Part shown: positions 1 to 13,792 of the stretch, in pieces
Layout of the letters: every line of letters starts with the position of its first letter
How positions within the stretch are numbered: the stretch's first letter is position 1
NCBI RefSeq assembly: GCF_006345805.1
Contig: NW_021832035.1
Location: 1-64,000, forward strand
DNA from: Octopus sinensis
Taxonomy: Eukaryota
DNA length: 64,000 bases
Direction: 5' to 3'
Program-made: the position numbers and the translations under genes
The notes under the pieces: generated by a model
What the model was told of the DNA's origin: nothing
Seen by the model: the letters and a program-made list of their open reading frames with translations, nothing else
The model's database searches: none

Positions 1-230
1 ATAGTCAGCGTGGGTGTTCCCTTTTTACTCATCTTCAGCTTTATGTTACATTCGCTGGACGGGCTAATTTCCACAACTGTACACATTTTTTCTTCTCTAT
101 CTCAAATAATTATATCAGGTCTGTTGTGTTTACATTTTATTGAGGTTTTCACAGGGACATTCCACCAGTATTCCTTTTCATTATGAGTGGCTATGGCTTC
201 TATCATACTGTGGGTTCTTATTTCTTTGTC

Positions 231-233
<3 letters not shown>
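1..233 (-). mobile_element. Dong/R4-type LINE fragment (endonuclease region), 5'-truncated at a (TG)n tract
   Basis: Clearly homologous to 10030-10265 of the larger R4-type copy in this window. Confidence 0.8.
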
Positions 234-410
<177 letters not shown>

Positions 411-964
411 GATATATACTTAAATACGCTCACTTCTTTATTGGGAAGTGATGGTCATAATGATGGAGAGCTAGAGTAGATTGATTTTAAAAAAACAAAT
501 CATCCAAACGTATCACATAGTTTGCTATGATTTATCACATGGCTTGATATCATTCTTACAATATTCCCAATATAAGAAATCAAAGTATCTCTACTTGTTA
601 TGGTCTGATATCAGAGAAATAAGTTCCTATCTTCACTGACTGATATAAATCAATAGAGCGGATGAACAAACTGAAAGAAAAAAAACTGTATGAAATCCAT
701 TACTATGTCCCCTGTTAACAAACTAAGCTGAAGAGCTATAGCTCTGTTTAAAGCGTTACACAACGATATTGATACGTGCTATTGTCTTTTAGCCGGGAGC
801 TGAATTAGTGGGCTGTTTCGTGACTAACCATTCACTCGCCATTCACTCAGCACACAAGTAGCTCTTCTCGCGCTCTTGTTTTATAGCGTTCAACAAGAAA
901 TGGAATCACCATCGATTATTAGCGTACATTAAAATTTATGGATCTCCCTCGTGTGTAGAATTCT

Positions 965-1009
<45 letters not shown>

Positions 1010-1376
1010 CAGAAAAATTATCTTTTTTTTTTTAAAAATCGCTTTCGGCAAGAGGTTTCTTTTTATATCATCGAAACCATCACCATCGTCGACGTCGTCG
1101 TCGTCATCGTCATCATAATCATCTATTGGGTCTTTTCGGTTTGAACAGCAGTTTTTAAAAATAATTTCCACGCAACTAAACACTTTTAAACTTCGTATAC
1201 TGGTAGAATGTGTTTATAAAACATCTTTTTCTATTGGCCTTATTGAGAAAATTCTATAGTTTGTAAGATATTTGTTGGGTTTTTTTTTCAATTTCTGCAA
1301 TTTCAACTAATCAATGACGTCTATTGAAGTGAAAACATTCAAAGAAAAAATGTTTTGACAATGTAGGCAAAATACA

Positions 1377-1800
1377 GACGCAAGAACGGTTGTGTGGTAA
1401 GAAGTTTGCTTCCCAATCAGATGGTTCTGGGTTCAGTCTTACAGAGTGGCACCTTGAGGAAGTGTCTTCTACTATAACCTAGGGCCCACTAAAGACTTGT
1501 GAGTGGATTAGATAGGCGGAAACTGAAAGAATCCTGTCATGTGCGTGTGTGTGTGTGTGTGTGTCTGTGCAGATGCGTGGTGTGTGTGTGTCTGTGCAGA
1601 TGCGTGTGTGTGTATTTGTGTCTATGCTGGTCTCCCTTGACAACCGGAGTTGGTTTCTTTATCCCCCCACCAACTTAGCGGTTCAGCAATAGATACCAAT
1701 TGAATAAGTAAGTACCATACTCAAAATAAGTGCTATAGTTGATTCGTTCGAGGCAGTGCTCCATCATGGCCACAATCTAATGACTTAAACAAGTAAAAGA
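1377..1800 (+). mobile_element. SINE family A, diverged copy
   Basis: tRNA-like head (..TGTGTGGTAAG..GGGTTCAGTC), internal (TG)n, tail ending AAACAAGTAAAAGA. Confidence 0.8.
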
Positions 1801-1823
1801 TATAGTTTGGCTGTGTGGTATTT

Positions 1824-2260
1824 GCGTAGGAGTGGCTGTGTGGTAAATAGCTTGCTTACGAACTACATGGTTCCGGGTTCAGTTCCACTGCGTGGCATCT
1901 TGGGCGACTGTCTTCTACTATAGCCTCGGGCCGACCAAAGCCTTTTGAGTGGATTTGGTAGACGGAAACTGAAAGAAACCCGTCGTATATATATATGTGT
2001 GTGTGTGTGTGTGTTTGTGTGTGTGTGTGAGTGTGTGTGTATGTATGTTTGTGTGTTTGTGTTTGTCCCCCCCCAACATCGCTTCACAACCGATGCTGGT
2101 GTGTTTACGTCCCCGTAACTTAGCGGTTCAATAAAAGAGTCCGACAGATAAGTACTAGGCTTACAAAGAATAAGTTCTGGGTTTGATTTGCTCGACTAAA
2201 AGGAGTGCTCCAGCATGGCCACAGTCAAATGACTGAAACAAGTAAAAGAGTAAAAGAGTA
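1824..2260 (+). mobile_element. SINE family A, full length
   Basis: GGAGTGGCTGTGTGGTAA A-box-like and GGTTCAGTTCC B-box-like motifs, internal TA/TG tract, tail CAGCATGGCCACAGTCAAATGACTGAAACAAGTAAAAGAG; many copies in window. Confidence 0.9.
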
Positions 2261-2290
2261 ATCAGAAAGGCTACAAGACACCAATATATA

Positions 2291-2507
2291 TATCTGTCGC
2301 ATTTTCGGCGTACAAGTCGACATAACATATAGTGTAAGCATGCAGTGTAAACATCCACACATCGTCACTATCTCTCCAAATTCTGCTGCAGTTCACACGG
2401 AATTTTCGGTCTTTTAAAGTTGTTTTAGTGTATAAGTCGACCTGCCTTTTGTGGGGGTTGTAAATTTTGGTCTGAAAAATTCGGTTCATATGACGGAAAA
2501 TACAGTA
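2291..2507. mobile_element. Decayed pogo/Tigger-like MITE
   Basis: Imperfect TIRs: ..ATTTTCGGCGTACAAGTCGA and TCGGTTCATATGACGGAAAATACAGTA, resembling TACCGTATTTTCCGGCGTATAAG-type ends. Confidence 0.5.
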
Positions 2508-3089
2508 ATTCTGTTGGCAAAAATTTACTATATTTCCTTCTCTTCCTGTCAGTAATCTTCAATATGTTGCTACGCCATTATTTGTGAATTCTCGTGATAA
2601 TATATTAATCTCACTGCTGCAGAGCCAATATCAACTGGCTGACATGATACAGTGGATACAGTGACATCTCGTTGAAATCAACAACAGCAAAATAAGTAAA
2701 TAAATATATAAATAAATAAATAAATAAATTGCAGAACTATCGATTTGGCGCTTGTTGGATATTGATACAAAAGGAATATTCAGAGACTGCAGGAAAAAGC
2801 TTTAAAAGCGTTACTACTCTTTTCTAGCATATATTTTTATGCATGTTAGCGTTGTGGACATTAGCGAATATCAACAAAGCGAAAAAAAAAAAAAACAAAC
2901 ATTGCCGATCATCACTAGAAGCCGAACTACATATAGTTTTGTCAATTATTCCATCAACTGCGACTCTATAAAATTTGTAAATTGCATCGGAGTCAGCTGT
3001 CTCATTAGTTTAGCAACAGACATTTAATGTATGCTTGCCTCCCTTTTTAAAAAAAAAACAAATAGAAAAGAAAAACGGTATTGCTTATT

Positions 3090-3261
3090 CATGGGGAGAG
3101 TTTTACGAAGAAAAAAAAACCAAAAGACGAAGACAGGTGGTGTACAAAACAAGCAGATGTATTAGTATAACGCTCAGGGAATAGAAAAAGTCTTTTACGT
3201 TTCGAGCCTATGCTCTTCAACAGAAAGGGACACAGAAAAAAAAACAAGGAGAGAAAAAAAA

Positions 3262-3315
<54 letters not shown>

Positions 3316-3490
3316 AGATTTTACGAAAAAAAAAACAAAAGACGAAGACAGGAGGTGTACAAAACAAACAGATGTCTTAGTATAACGCTCAGGAATAGAA
3401 AAAATCTTTTACGTTTCGAGCCTACACTCTTCTACAGAAAGGGACACAGAAAAAAAAACAAGGAGAGAAAAAAGGTGAGAAAAAAATGTG
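3090..3490 (-). mobile_element. Two tandem copies of a Penelope-like terminal repeat separated by (TA)n
   Basis: ~175 bp direct repeats (3090-3265, 3312-3490), each with a hammerhead-like motif on the minus strand. Confidence 0.55.
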
Positions 3491-3872
3491 TAGTGGCTAA
3501 CGATCTATCATGGCGACAGCGCTCTGTGCTAAAATGATTCGGCGTTAATTATATTCTATCAAGAATGTGAAAGGAAGATCATCTCATGGATTAGTGATTT
3601 TTCAGAATTGACACACTATTAAGGAAAAGACAGTTTTTTTCCCTGACAAGAGGACAGTTGCAGAAAACATGTTTTGCCTCAATAGACATTATTGGCGCAG
3701 CAATTGCTGAAACTTGATTCCAGCCACGATAGAATTCTACAGTTCACGTCCATCATATTTCACTTGCAGAGTATAATTCAGTCTGAGGCTTACGGCAGAA
3801 GACACCTGTGCTAGATGACGCGCAGCTGGATTGAACTGGTAACGACATAGCTACGAACTTAGGTAAATAATA

Positions 3873-4102
3873 TATTTCTTTACTATCCACAAGGGGCTAA
3901 ACACAGAGGGGACAAACAAAGACAGACAAAGGGATTAAGTCGATTATATCGACCCCAGTGCGAAACTGTACTTTATTTATCGACCCCGAAAGGATGAAAG
4001 GCAAATTCGACCTCGGCGGAATTTGAACCTAGAACGTAACGGCAGACGAAATACGGCTACGCATTTCGCCCGGCGCGCTAACGTTTCTGCCAGCTCGCCG
4101 CC
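3873..4102 (-). mobile_element. SINE family B, full length
   Basis: Head GGCGGCGAGCTGGCAGAAACGTTAGC, core GGTCGA..TTTGCCTTTCATCCTTTCGGGGTCGATAAAT, tail ..GTAAAGAAATA. Confidence 0.9.
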
Positions 4103-4354
4103 TTAACGCAGCCATACCGTTAGCGAGTAGGCAGTAAAGTATAACTCCTGGTAAATTAACATGACGATCTTCTGTAATATGCAGATTCTCAGCCCCCCGC
4201 CCCAGTAGGTGCAATAGTGGATGTTAATTGAACCATTAAACTTGAATGTAGCCTCATTACTTTGAACAATCTTTGATGGAAAGTGTGCCAACTATAACTC
4301 GTAAAACCCACAATTCGGTCCGGATCATCTTATTGAAAGCATGGGCTATATATA

Positions 4355-4765
4355 GGCGCAGGAGTGGCTGTGTGGTAAGTAGCTTGCTAACCAGCCACAT
4401 GGTTCCGGGTTCAGTCCCACTGCGTGGCATCTTGGGCAAGTGGCTTCTGCTATAGACCCGGGCCGACCAATGCCTTGTGAGTGGATTTGGTAGACGGAAA
4501 CTGAAAGAAGCCTGTCGTATATATGTATATATATATATATTTATGTGTGTGTGTGTTTGTCGGTGTTTGTCCCCCTAGCATTGCTTGACAACCGATGCTG
4601 GTGTGTTTACGTCCCCGTCACTTAGCGGTTCAGCAAAAGAGACCGATAGAATAAGTACTGGGCTTACAAAAGAATAAGTCCCGGGGGTCGATTTGCTCGA
4701 CTAAAGGCGGTGCTCCAGCATGGCCGCAGTCAAATGACTGAAGAAACAAGTAAGAGTAAAAGAGA
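4355..4765 (+). mobile_element. SINE family A, full length
   Basis: Same head, body and tail as 1824-2260. Confidence 0.9.
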
Positions 4766-4789
4766 GAGTATTTGTAATGTAACTTTTCC

Positions 4790-5095
4790 AATGACCGTGC
4801 TTCAAAATGGAATGGACACTTGATTTTGAAGCTCTTATCTCATGACGTTTCTCCTACAGATTTTCTTGAACTCTAGTTATAAGTTTGTAGCATCCTTCCT
4901 TATGTTGTGAGAGCTCATCGACATCCGCGGTCTTCCGGAACAGTTTCATCTGCATCGAACGTATCTTTTGTTCGATTGATGCTAAGTCGCGTAAATGGAT
5001 CTCTTTGTTACTCCTTCCTAAGCTGCCTTTGCACTTCGACTACGTTTTCAAAGATACAGTTGTGCGAAGCTTAGTCTAGCTCCTTTCATTATTTC
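4790..5095 (-). pseudogene. Decayed Tc1-like transposase N-terminus
   Basis: Frameshifted minus-strand translation gives MKGARLSFAQ..ENVVEVQRQLRKE*QRDPFTRLSINR..SGRPR..SSRKSV, typical of Tc1/mariner paired-like DNA-binding domains. Confidence 0.65.
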
Positions 5096-5386
5096 TAATG
5101 GGTTCAGAAAACGAAGCATGAATTAGAAAACAAAGACTGAATATCATTCAATATTATAAATTCTCGAAATACGATGAGCTGACTCAATCGCAATCACACC
5201 GGACAGAATGCTTTGCGGCATTTCATCCGCGTTTTTATGTTCTAAGTTCAAATATTGCTGAGGTCGACTTTGCCTTTCATCTTTTCGGAGTCAATAAAAT
5301 AAGTACAAGTCAAGCACTAGTGTCAACGTAATCGGCTCCCTCAACCTTCGAAAACTGCTGGCCCTGTCCCGAAGCTTGAAACTATT

Positions 5387-5892
5387 ACTCTTTTACTCTT
5401 TTACTTGTTTCAGTCATTTGACTGCGGCCATGCTGGAGCACGGCTTTTAATCGAACAACTCGACCCCGGGACTTATTCTTTTTTGTAAGCCCAGTACTTA
5501 TTCCATCGGTCTATTTTGCCGAACCGCTAAGTAACGGGGACATAAACACACCAGCATCGGTTGTCAAGCAATGCTAGAGGGACAAACACAGACACACAAA
5601 GACACACACGCATATATATATATACATATATACGACAGGCTTCTGTCAGTTTCCGTCTACCAAATCCACTCACAAGGCTTTGGTCGGCCCGAGGCTATAG
5701 TAGAAGACACTTGCCCAAGGTGCCACGCAGTGGGACTGAACCCGGAACCATGTGGTTGGTAAACAAGCTACTTTATTTTATCTAATTTGCCACAGGGGCA
5801 TTACACAGATGTAGCTTTGCGGACTGGACATAGACATTAATGGTACGAATGATGGTGATGGAACAAGCTACTTACCACACAGCCACTCCTGC
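5387..5892 (-). mobile_element. SINE family A with ~90 bp insertion near head
   Basis: Reverse complement of family A; interrupted at ~5772-5860. Confidence 0.85.
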
Positions 5893-6694
5893 TAAATTAT
5901 TAGCCATTATTTCTGATAAGCTAAAGATGAGAGATGAAAATTGAGTTAAAGTGTATATACATTTTGTAAGCACCCCCTACATATATATGTGTTTCACTTT
6001 CAGCGTATAATTCAGTCCGAGGCTTACAGCAGAAGACACCTGTGCTAGATTCTGCGCAGCTGGATTGAACCGGTAACGACATAGCTACGAACTTAGCTAA
6101 ATAATTACGCAGCCATACCGTTAGCGAGTAGAATAATAATGAAATAATAATAATAGTGAAATTATTGTATACAGTGCTCAGGTGCACCACAAAAAATTTC
6201 AAATTTCATTTTGTAGATATGTATGTGACGTGTGTCGTTAGTATGTATTTGCACGCGCCTAACAAGAATAGAACTACCAGAGACCTGTAGGGAACATTAT
6301 TTAGAAGAATCCAAATGCTCTGATAGGTTTATTTCCATCATACACAGTTTAACAGTCGTTGGTAGTTGTTGCTGGACTGTATATATACTAAGTCTACGAG
6401 GCATTACTAACAATCACTGAACTGTAAAGACTTAGTATGGCTATTATGCACTATTAAGTCACAGCTCTATGGATACTCTACATTCGCTGCACAGCTTTTT
6501 CAAATACTGTCAATAGATATAACTACGTCGACTCTCCTATATAAAATAGACAGCGATCTATAGACATACTGCGTCAACAATTCCGGTGACATTAGACATT
6601 GTATTTATAAGGCTTAGAGGATTGTATGTGAGGATTGTATTCGTGTTGTGGGGGAATAGTCACGTTGGTTTATTAGTAGTGGCATCCATTGTGT

Positions 6695-6740
<46 letters not shown>

Positions 6741-6801
6741 TATATATAAAGGGCTTAGTAAAATAAATTACTTTGCCACATAATTTTACCCTCAATTGTT
6801 G

Positions 6802-6833
<32 letters not shown>

Positions 6834-6895
6834 ACTAAGATGTGTAACTACAACTGATGGACTGGTCGGTCACATGATCACGTAATATATATATA

Positions 6896-6936
<41 letters not shown>

Positions 6937-7326
6937 TAGATAGATAAAGTATATATTGGTAGATACACATATATGTATGTGTTTGTGTGCACGTACGGAT
7001 GTGAGGAAAATTACACATACACCCGTATGTATGTATGTATGTATGTATGTATGTATGTATGTATTGGTAGATAGAGAGAGGGAAGAGAAATAGAGAGAAG
7101 AGACAGACACAAAAATATCGCATAGATAGATAGATTAGATATACACATAAATATACGCGTATGCATAAATACACACATAGATATCAATATCTGTGTATGC
7201 ATGCATGAACGCATCTCTATGTACGTATGTAAGCATTTACTATGTGTGGTGACTGTTTTTGCAGCTTCTCCAACGCTTTATATTTCTCTCTCTCTCTATT
7301 CCTCTCTCTCTTCCTCTCCCCCTCTC

Positions 7327-7422
<96 letters not shown>

Positions 7423-7525
7423 TCAGTCCACTTGTTGAATAGGTAAATGTGTGCAACAGGTGGAATTGTGACTGATTTGTGATTGGTTATTTGGCTGATG
7501 ACAGAAGGGTGGGGGTGTCAGAAGA

Positions 7526-7564
<39 letters not shown>

Positions 7565-7649
7565 GGAGCTGAGACAGAGAGATAGAAAGAAAGTGATAGA
7601 AAGCTTGTGTGCGTGTGTTTGTGTGTGTTGCGTGAGATGTGTGCACGTA

Positions 7650-7688
<39 letters not shown>

Positions 7689-8100
7689 CTTACCTGAAAT
7701 GGAAGACAGCAAAAAGAAATTGTGTGCGTGTAATGTGTGCGCTTCTGCGAGAGAGAGAGAGAGAGAGAGAGAGATGCAGAAAGATAGATAAATAGATAGA
7801 TGGATAGATAAATAGACGAACGAGTTATTTTTAAGCGGTTAAATAGAGCGTGAGAGAGAGAGAGGGGGGTGAAGAGATAGGAAGTAGAAGAAGAAAAAGT
7901 GGAGGGAATGAGACAGAATGGACGTAGGAATGAAAGAAAAGGACGAAAGAATAAAGCAGTGGAGAAGAAAAAGAAAAACCACAACAACAGCGACGATGAC
8001 GATGACGATGACGATGACAACGGCGATAAAGACAAGATGGAGAGAAAAGGAAAGGAAAATAGATGATTGGATCTTTGAACGGGTGACTTAACACAGCAGT

Positions 8101-8424
8101 CGATGGATGGATGGATGGATTTTGGGTGGTCGGGTTGTTGGGTGGATGGACGGATGGACGGATGGACGGACGGATGGATGGATGGATGGATGGATGGATG
8201 GATTTTGGGTGGATGGACGGATGGACGGATGGACGGACGGATGGATGGATGGATGGATGGATGGGTGGATGGGAGGATGGATGTATGGATGGATGGATGG
8301 ATGGACGGACGGATGGGTAGATGGATGGACGGATGGATGGACGGATGGATGGATGGATGGATTTTGGGTGGTCGGGTGGATGGACGGATGGATGGATGGA
8401 TTTTGGGTGGTCGGGTGGATGGAC

Positions 8425-8458
<34 letters not shown>

Positions 8459-8466
8459 ATGAATGG

Positions 8467-8502
<36 letters not shown>

Positions 8503-8524
8503 ATGGATGGATGGATGGATGGAC

Positions 8525-8557
<33 letters not shown>

Positions 8558-8628
8558 TTTGGATGAATGGATGGATGGACGGATGGACGGATGGACGGAT
8601 GGATGGATGGATGGACGGATGGATGGAC

Positions 8629-8661
<33 letters not shown>

Positions 8662-8685
8662 TTTGGGTGGGTGGGTGGATGGATT
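8101..8685. repeat. (GGAT)n/(GGAC) tetranucleotide array with recurring TTTTGGGTGG interruptions
   Basis: Direct reading; source of the MDGW and IHPS pseudo-ORFs. Confidence 0.95.
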
Positions 8686-8924
8686 GATTTCTCAAGAGAG
8701 TAGGAGAACGAGTGGGAAATTTGTGGAGCGTCCGTTTAGAAATATAATCATTATGTGGTCACCTTATTGGTTTTATTGATGAATCTGCCAAGGCTTGTGA
8801 AAGAAGACCGCGAGGAATTTAAGATAATAACAGACTGGAAGGAAACAATTGCGAGTTTGGTTTCAGCAAGGATTTCTTTCTTGAATAATCCTTTATATCG
8901 GTTTCAAATTTTGGTACAATCCCA

Positions 8925-9300
8925 GCAATTTCAGGGGAGCGGGTAAGTCGATTACGTCGACCCTATTTCTCAACTGGTACTTAAATAACGACCCCGAAGG
9001 GTTGAAATGCAAAGTCGACCTCGGCGGAATTTGAACTCGGAACGTAAAGACAGACGAAATACCTGTTTCTATTTCTTTACTACCCGCAAGGAGCTAAACG
9101 CAGAGAGGGCAAACAAGGACAGACAAACGGATTAAGTCGATTACATCGACCCTAGTACATAACTGGTACTTAATTTATCGACCCCGAAAAGATGAGAGGC
9201 AAAGTCGACCCCGGCGGAATTCGAACTCAGAACGTAACGGCAGACGAAATACTGCTAAGCATTTCGCCCGGCGTGCTAACGTTTCTGCCAGCTCACCTCT
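8925..9300 (-). mobile_element. SINE family B, head-to-tail dimer
   Basis: Two cores joined at ..GAAATAC..CTATTTCTTTACTACC. Confidence 0.85.
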
Positions 9301-9769
9301 TTTGAATAATCCTTAATATCCGTGATGAAGCGTGGGGTGTGCGAGGTGTACGGACTGTGCACATTGTGACCACTTTCATACACGTACGTTTACTCTAGTT
9401 CAGAGTTTCTCAACCATTTTTCTACCTATAGACATCTTTCATTTCCATTTTACTCGGGTGGGTCCTCATAGCCATTCAATGTTTAAAAGACACCGTATTT
9501 TATATTCATAATTAAACGTTATTAGTAATTGTATCTTTTATCATTTTTTTTTTACTTCTTTCAGTCATTAGAATGCGACCATGCTGGGACACCACTTTGA
9601 AGAATTTTAGTCGAATGAATCAACGCCAGAGAATTTTTTAAGCTTGGTAATTATTCTATCGATCTCTTTTGCAAACTGCTAATTTACAGGGACGTAAACA
9701 TACCAACACCAGCTGTCAAGAGGTGGCGGGGGAACAGACACAGACACAAAGACATACACACACACCTAT

Positions 9770-11965
9770 ATATTCTCGTGCATATAGTTGACTATCTTGA
9801 CATGCTCATATATACTTAAACGATAAACTTCTGGAAAGTTTTACAGATTTTTACAGTTCCAGTGATGGATTGGATCTGTAGTCTTCGAATTAGCTTTCTC
9901 CTTTTTGGTTTTGAGAAGCCTAATTTCTCAAGATTGGTATTTAGGTAGTGTGTTACATATCCCAGGGCCCCAATAATTACAGGTATGAACTTGAACTTGT
10001 AATCTGATAGAGTAACTGCAGATTTCTCAATAGTTCAGCGTGGGTGTTCTCTTTTCACTGATCTTCAGTTTTATGTTAACATCCGCAGGGCAGCTAATTT
10101 CCAGAACAGTGCACAGGTTCTTTTCTCTATTCCAAATCATTATATCAGGTCTGTTAGGCTTACATTTCATTGAGGTCTTCCCTGGTACTTTCCACCAGTA
10201 TTCCTTTTCATTATGAGTCGCTATGGCTTCCACCATATTGTGGGGCTTTATTTATTCGTCCTCAGGATTATCCTTCCGATGGGTTTCATTATAGAGTGTC
10301 CTAGCTACAATGTCATGTCTCATCGGTAGATAATACCATGAACTCCATAATGTCTGCATAGCTTGTCACATTTTACGGTTTTCCCTGCATCTCTATCCCT
10401 TTTGTGCATCAGGTACTTGGTTGATATTTCCTGTTGTTGGATTGCAAACGCATACCCTTCAAAGTGGGAGGTAGTAATCCGGCTGTTTGTCCATGATAGA
10501 CTGCTTTGATGATCGATATTACCATCACCACACACCTTTCTTCTAAGATATCCATGCATAGTCTTCTGCTCATATAAGGCTCATCCTTTCATCCGATGAT
10601 ATGTTGCGGTAGAGTCGTGTAACTTCTTTGGGAATGTATTTAAGGTTATCAGATAAAGAGCGTTGTTCAAGGAGCTGCCTTCCAAGTTTATGATGTTATC
10701 AGCCTTATGTATGCAAACTTGGTCAAGGGATGCACTTCGACACTTGTTGACTAAAAGACGTTGCCGAAGCGATATGATGCGACATTCAAAAGCATTTTGG
10801 ATCGATGTTAAGCCTTTGCCGCCTTGTTTTCGTTTTAGGTAGGGGCAGTCTACGTCACTGTTTATGTGGAAATTATGTGTGCTTGTTAGAAATTTTTGGG
10901 TTTTCACATCAATGGCTCGGATCTCGTCGAGCGTCCAATCAAGCAGCCCTAATGTTGGTATGAGTACTGGCACTGCAAACACGTTGTGAGCTACTGTTTT
11001 ATTGAATACAGAGAATTCTGAGGTCCAAATTTTCTTTATTCAGCTGTAATATTCTTTAGTGACACGTGTTTTATTGCAGGTGCCATTGTAAGATATATTT
11101 TTATCCACCTCTAGATACTTGTAACATTCCTTGTCAGATTCAGGGAAAGTAGTCAAATCATTGATGGAGATGTTACTAGTCTGGTTTATAGTTTTCCTCC
11201 TTTTCACAACCATATAACATTTATCCTGACCAAACTCTAACCCTACATCCTTTGAGAATGTTGTAACTAGGTCAAGGCTTTGCATAAAGTTTTAAGTCAC
11301 CCACAAAGAAACAGTGTGTAATATTGGTATTTCTGTCTCCTTGTGAACCAGTGAGATATCCTTCTGACATCCTTAACATGAATGACAAAGGGTTTACAGA
11401 AAGTATAAACAGCATCACAGAGAGGCTGTCTCCTTAGAATATGCCTTTGCGATACTGTATTCTATCGGTGATAATATATTCACTCTTTGTGTTTAATTTC
11501 AAGATGGTGACCCACAATGAAGTCGGGTCTGCTATGGCTTTGACTATTCTCACTGGAACTTTAGCAAGTTGAAGGGCTTCTAGCATCCATGAGTGGGGAA
11601 CAGAGCCAAAGGCTTTCTTGTAGTCTAGCCACATTGAAACAAGGTTCCTCTATGCTCTCGCACCTCTGACATAACAGTTTTGTTGATTAACAATTGCTCG
11701 ACACATCCCCAGACTCCCCTCTTCCCAGCTGCTTGTTCTGCTGTGATAATGTTATTGGTTTCACAATGGTCCTGGAGGAAGAGGTTTAAACATACTGTTT
11801 GTATCTTATACATTAAGTTCCGGCATGCAATTGGCGGGAGTTTTTTTGCCATGTGGGTGGTTCTGCATTTGGGGATCAATTGTGTCGCTGCCAGAACTAA
11901 CCAGTGTCGTATGCTACTGTTGCTAATGAAAGCTTGCTGGTACACATTGATAAAATATGGTCGGT
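9770..11965 (-). mobile_element. Dong/R4-clade non-LTR retrotransposon (RT plus restriction-like endonuclease), 5'-truncated, inactivated
   Basis: Frameshifted ORF pieces: PIACRNLMYK, WLDYKKAFGSVPHSW, RKGIF*GDSLS, FGQDKC, KRKQGGKGL, zinc-knuckle region CDKLCRH..RHD, RPDIMIW..EISCP (PD..E/DxK-type RLE), IPVIIGALG; stop codon at 9816-9818. Confidence 0.9.
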
Positions 11966-12056
11966 AGATATGTATGTATGTATGTTATGTATGTATGTAT
12001 GTATGTATGTATGTATGTATGTATGTATGTATGTATTATGTATATATGTATGTATG

Positions 12057-12438
12057 TCATTATTCAGTTTATTTCAAGATTTCTTGCCAATAGCGAAAGA
12101 ACCGTTTTCTAACTTAGATCCAAGGTCCCTTCATTGGAATTTCAACATCAACAACAGGGTATTTTTCTTTGTATGTATGTATGTATGTATGTATGTATGT
12201 ATGTATGTATGTATGTATATATATACATATGTACGCATTATGTATGTATGTAGTATGTATGTATGTATGTACGCATTATGTATCTATGTATGTATGTATT
12301 ATGTATATATGTATGTATGTATGTCACTTTTCAGTTTTATTTCAAGATTTCTTGCCAATAGAGAAAGAGCCAATTTCTAACCTAGACCCAAGGCTCCTTC
12401 ATTACAATTTCAAAATCAAAAACAGGGTATTTTTGTTT
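12057..12438 (-). mobile_element. Two ~115 bp terminal units of the R4-type LINE embedded in (TATG)n
   Basis: Units 12057-12170 and 12324-12438 match three units at 51064-51481 that lie next to another R4 3' end. Confidence 0.7.
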
Positions 12439-12996
12439 GTATGTATGTATGTATCAGATCACTCTCGAGTGCTACTGGTTACGTGCAACCCAGTACAACC
12501 TGTTGCATGGTCGGGCTGACGGTGACTAAAGCAGCAACTGTAATAATCCATCTTTGAAAGGAAGTGGTTTTCGCTGGACACCCTATAAAACGAAAAACAA
12601 AAGCACAGCCGCGCCCGCGCCTACGTATATATAAGAGAGAGAGACAGAGAGAGATGGGGGGGGGGCGGGGAAAGACTATTTATTGGGCCTACATTTAAAT
12701 ACACCTTTGATAAAAATGCCAGTTGAATTCGGGACTAAAGTTCCTCAACAACAGCAATATCTGAGTGTTAACAGAAGTTAGATAATGTTTAACTCACCAC
12801 CAACACCATCATCATCACCATCACAATTATCTCTGTCCTCCTCCCCCTCCTCCAACCATCATCACATCACCACCAATACGTCATTGCCTCCACCACCACC
12901 ACCACCACCATCACCACTACCAACGCCGCCGCCATCACCACCCCACAACTACTACCAATGTCATGACACATCGCCATTGCTAACGAAAACATAAAT

Positions 12997-13148
12997 ACCT
13001 ATTTCTTTATTACCCACAAGGGGCTAAACATAGAGGGGACAAACAAGGACAGACATAGGTATTATGTCGATTACATCGACCCCAGTGCGTAACTGGTACT
13101 TAATTTATCGACCCCGAAAGGATGAAAGGCAAAGTCGACCTCGGCGGA
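12997..13148 (-). mobile_element. SINE family B, 5'-truncated
   Basis: Tail and core match family B. Confidence 0.85.
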
Positions 13149-13159
13149 GCCGCCGTCAA

Positions 13160-13574
13160 ACCATCACTGTTACTCTGTCGTCACAACCGTCAATGTCATC
13201 ATCATCACTCATCAGTCACAAATATCATCATCGCCACTTCTAACATCACCACCACCACCAAAAACAACAACAACAACAAAAACAACGTCATCACACATCA
13301 CTATGACTGTCATCACCACCGCCACCACCACCAACACCGTCACCAACATCATCATCATTGTCATCATCATCATTGCCATCATCACCATCATCATCATCAT
13401 CATCATCATCATCGCCATCATCATCATCATCATCGCCATCATCATCATCATCGCCATCATCATCATCATCATCATCGCCACCACCATCATCATCACCATC
13501 ATCATCATCATCGTCATCATCACCACCACCACCATCATCATCATCATCACCACCACCACCACCACCATCATCAC

Positions 13575-13605
<31 letters not shown>

Positions 13606-13680
13606 GCCACCACCCTCATCATCACCACCACTAACATCATCTCCACTACCACCATCACTACAATCGCTACCACCGCCATC
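13160..13680. repeat. (CAT/CAC)n triplet array
   Basis: Direct reading. Confidence 0.95.
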
Positions 13681-13735
13681 TCATTTGAGCTTGTCGCGTA
13701 TGATGTCACTTCAAGGAAAAGAAATAAACAGAGGA

Positions 13736-13792
<57 letters not shown>

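Noticed and set aside
725-760. CTGAAGAGCTATAGCTC hairpin resembling a hammerhead start
   Set aside because: No GAAA, cleavage triplet or helix I partner follows.
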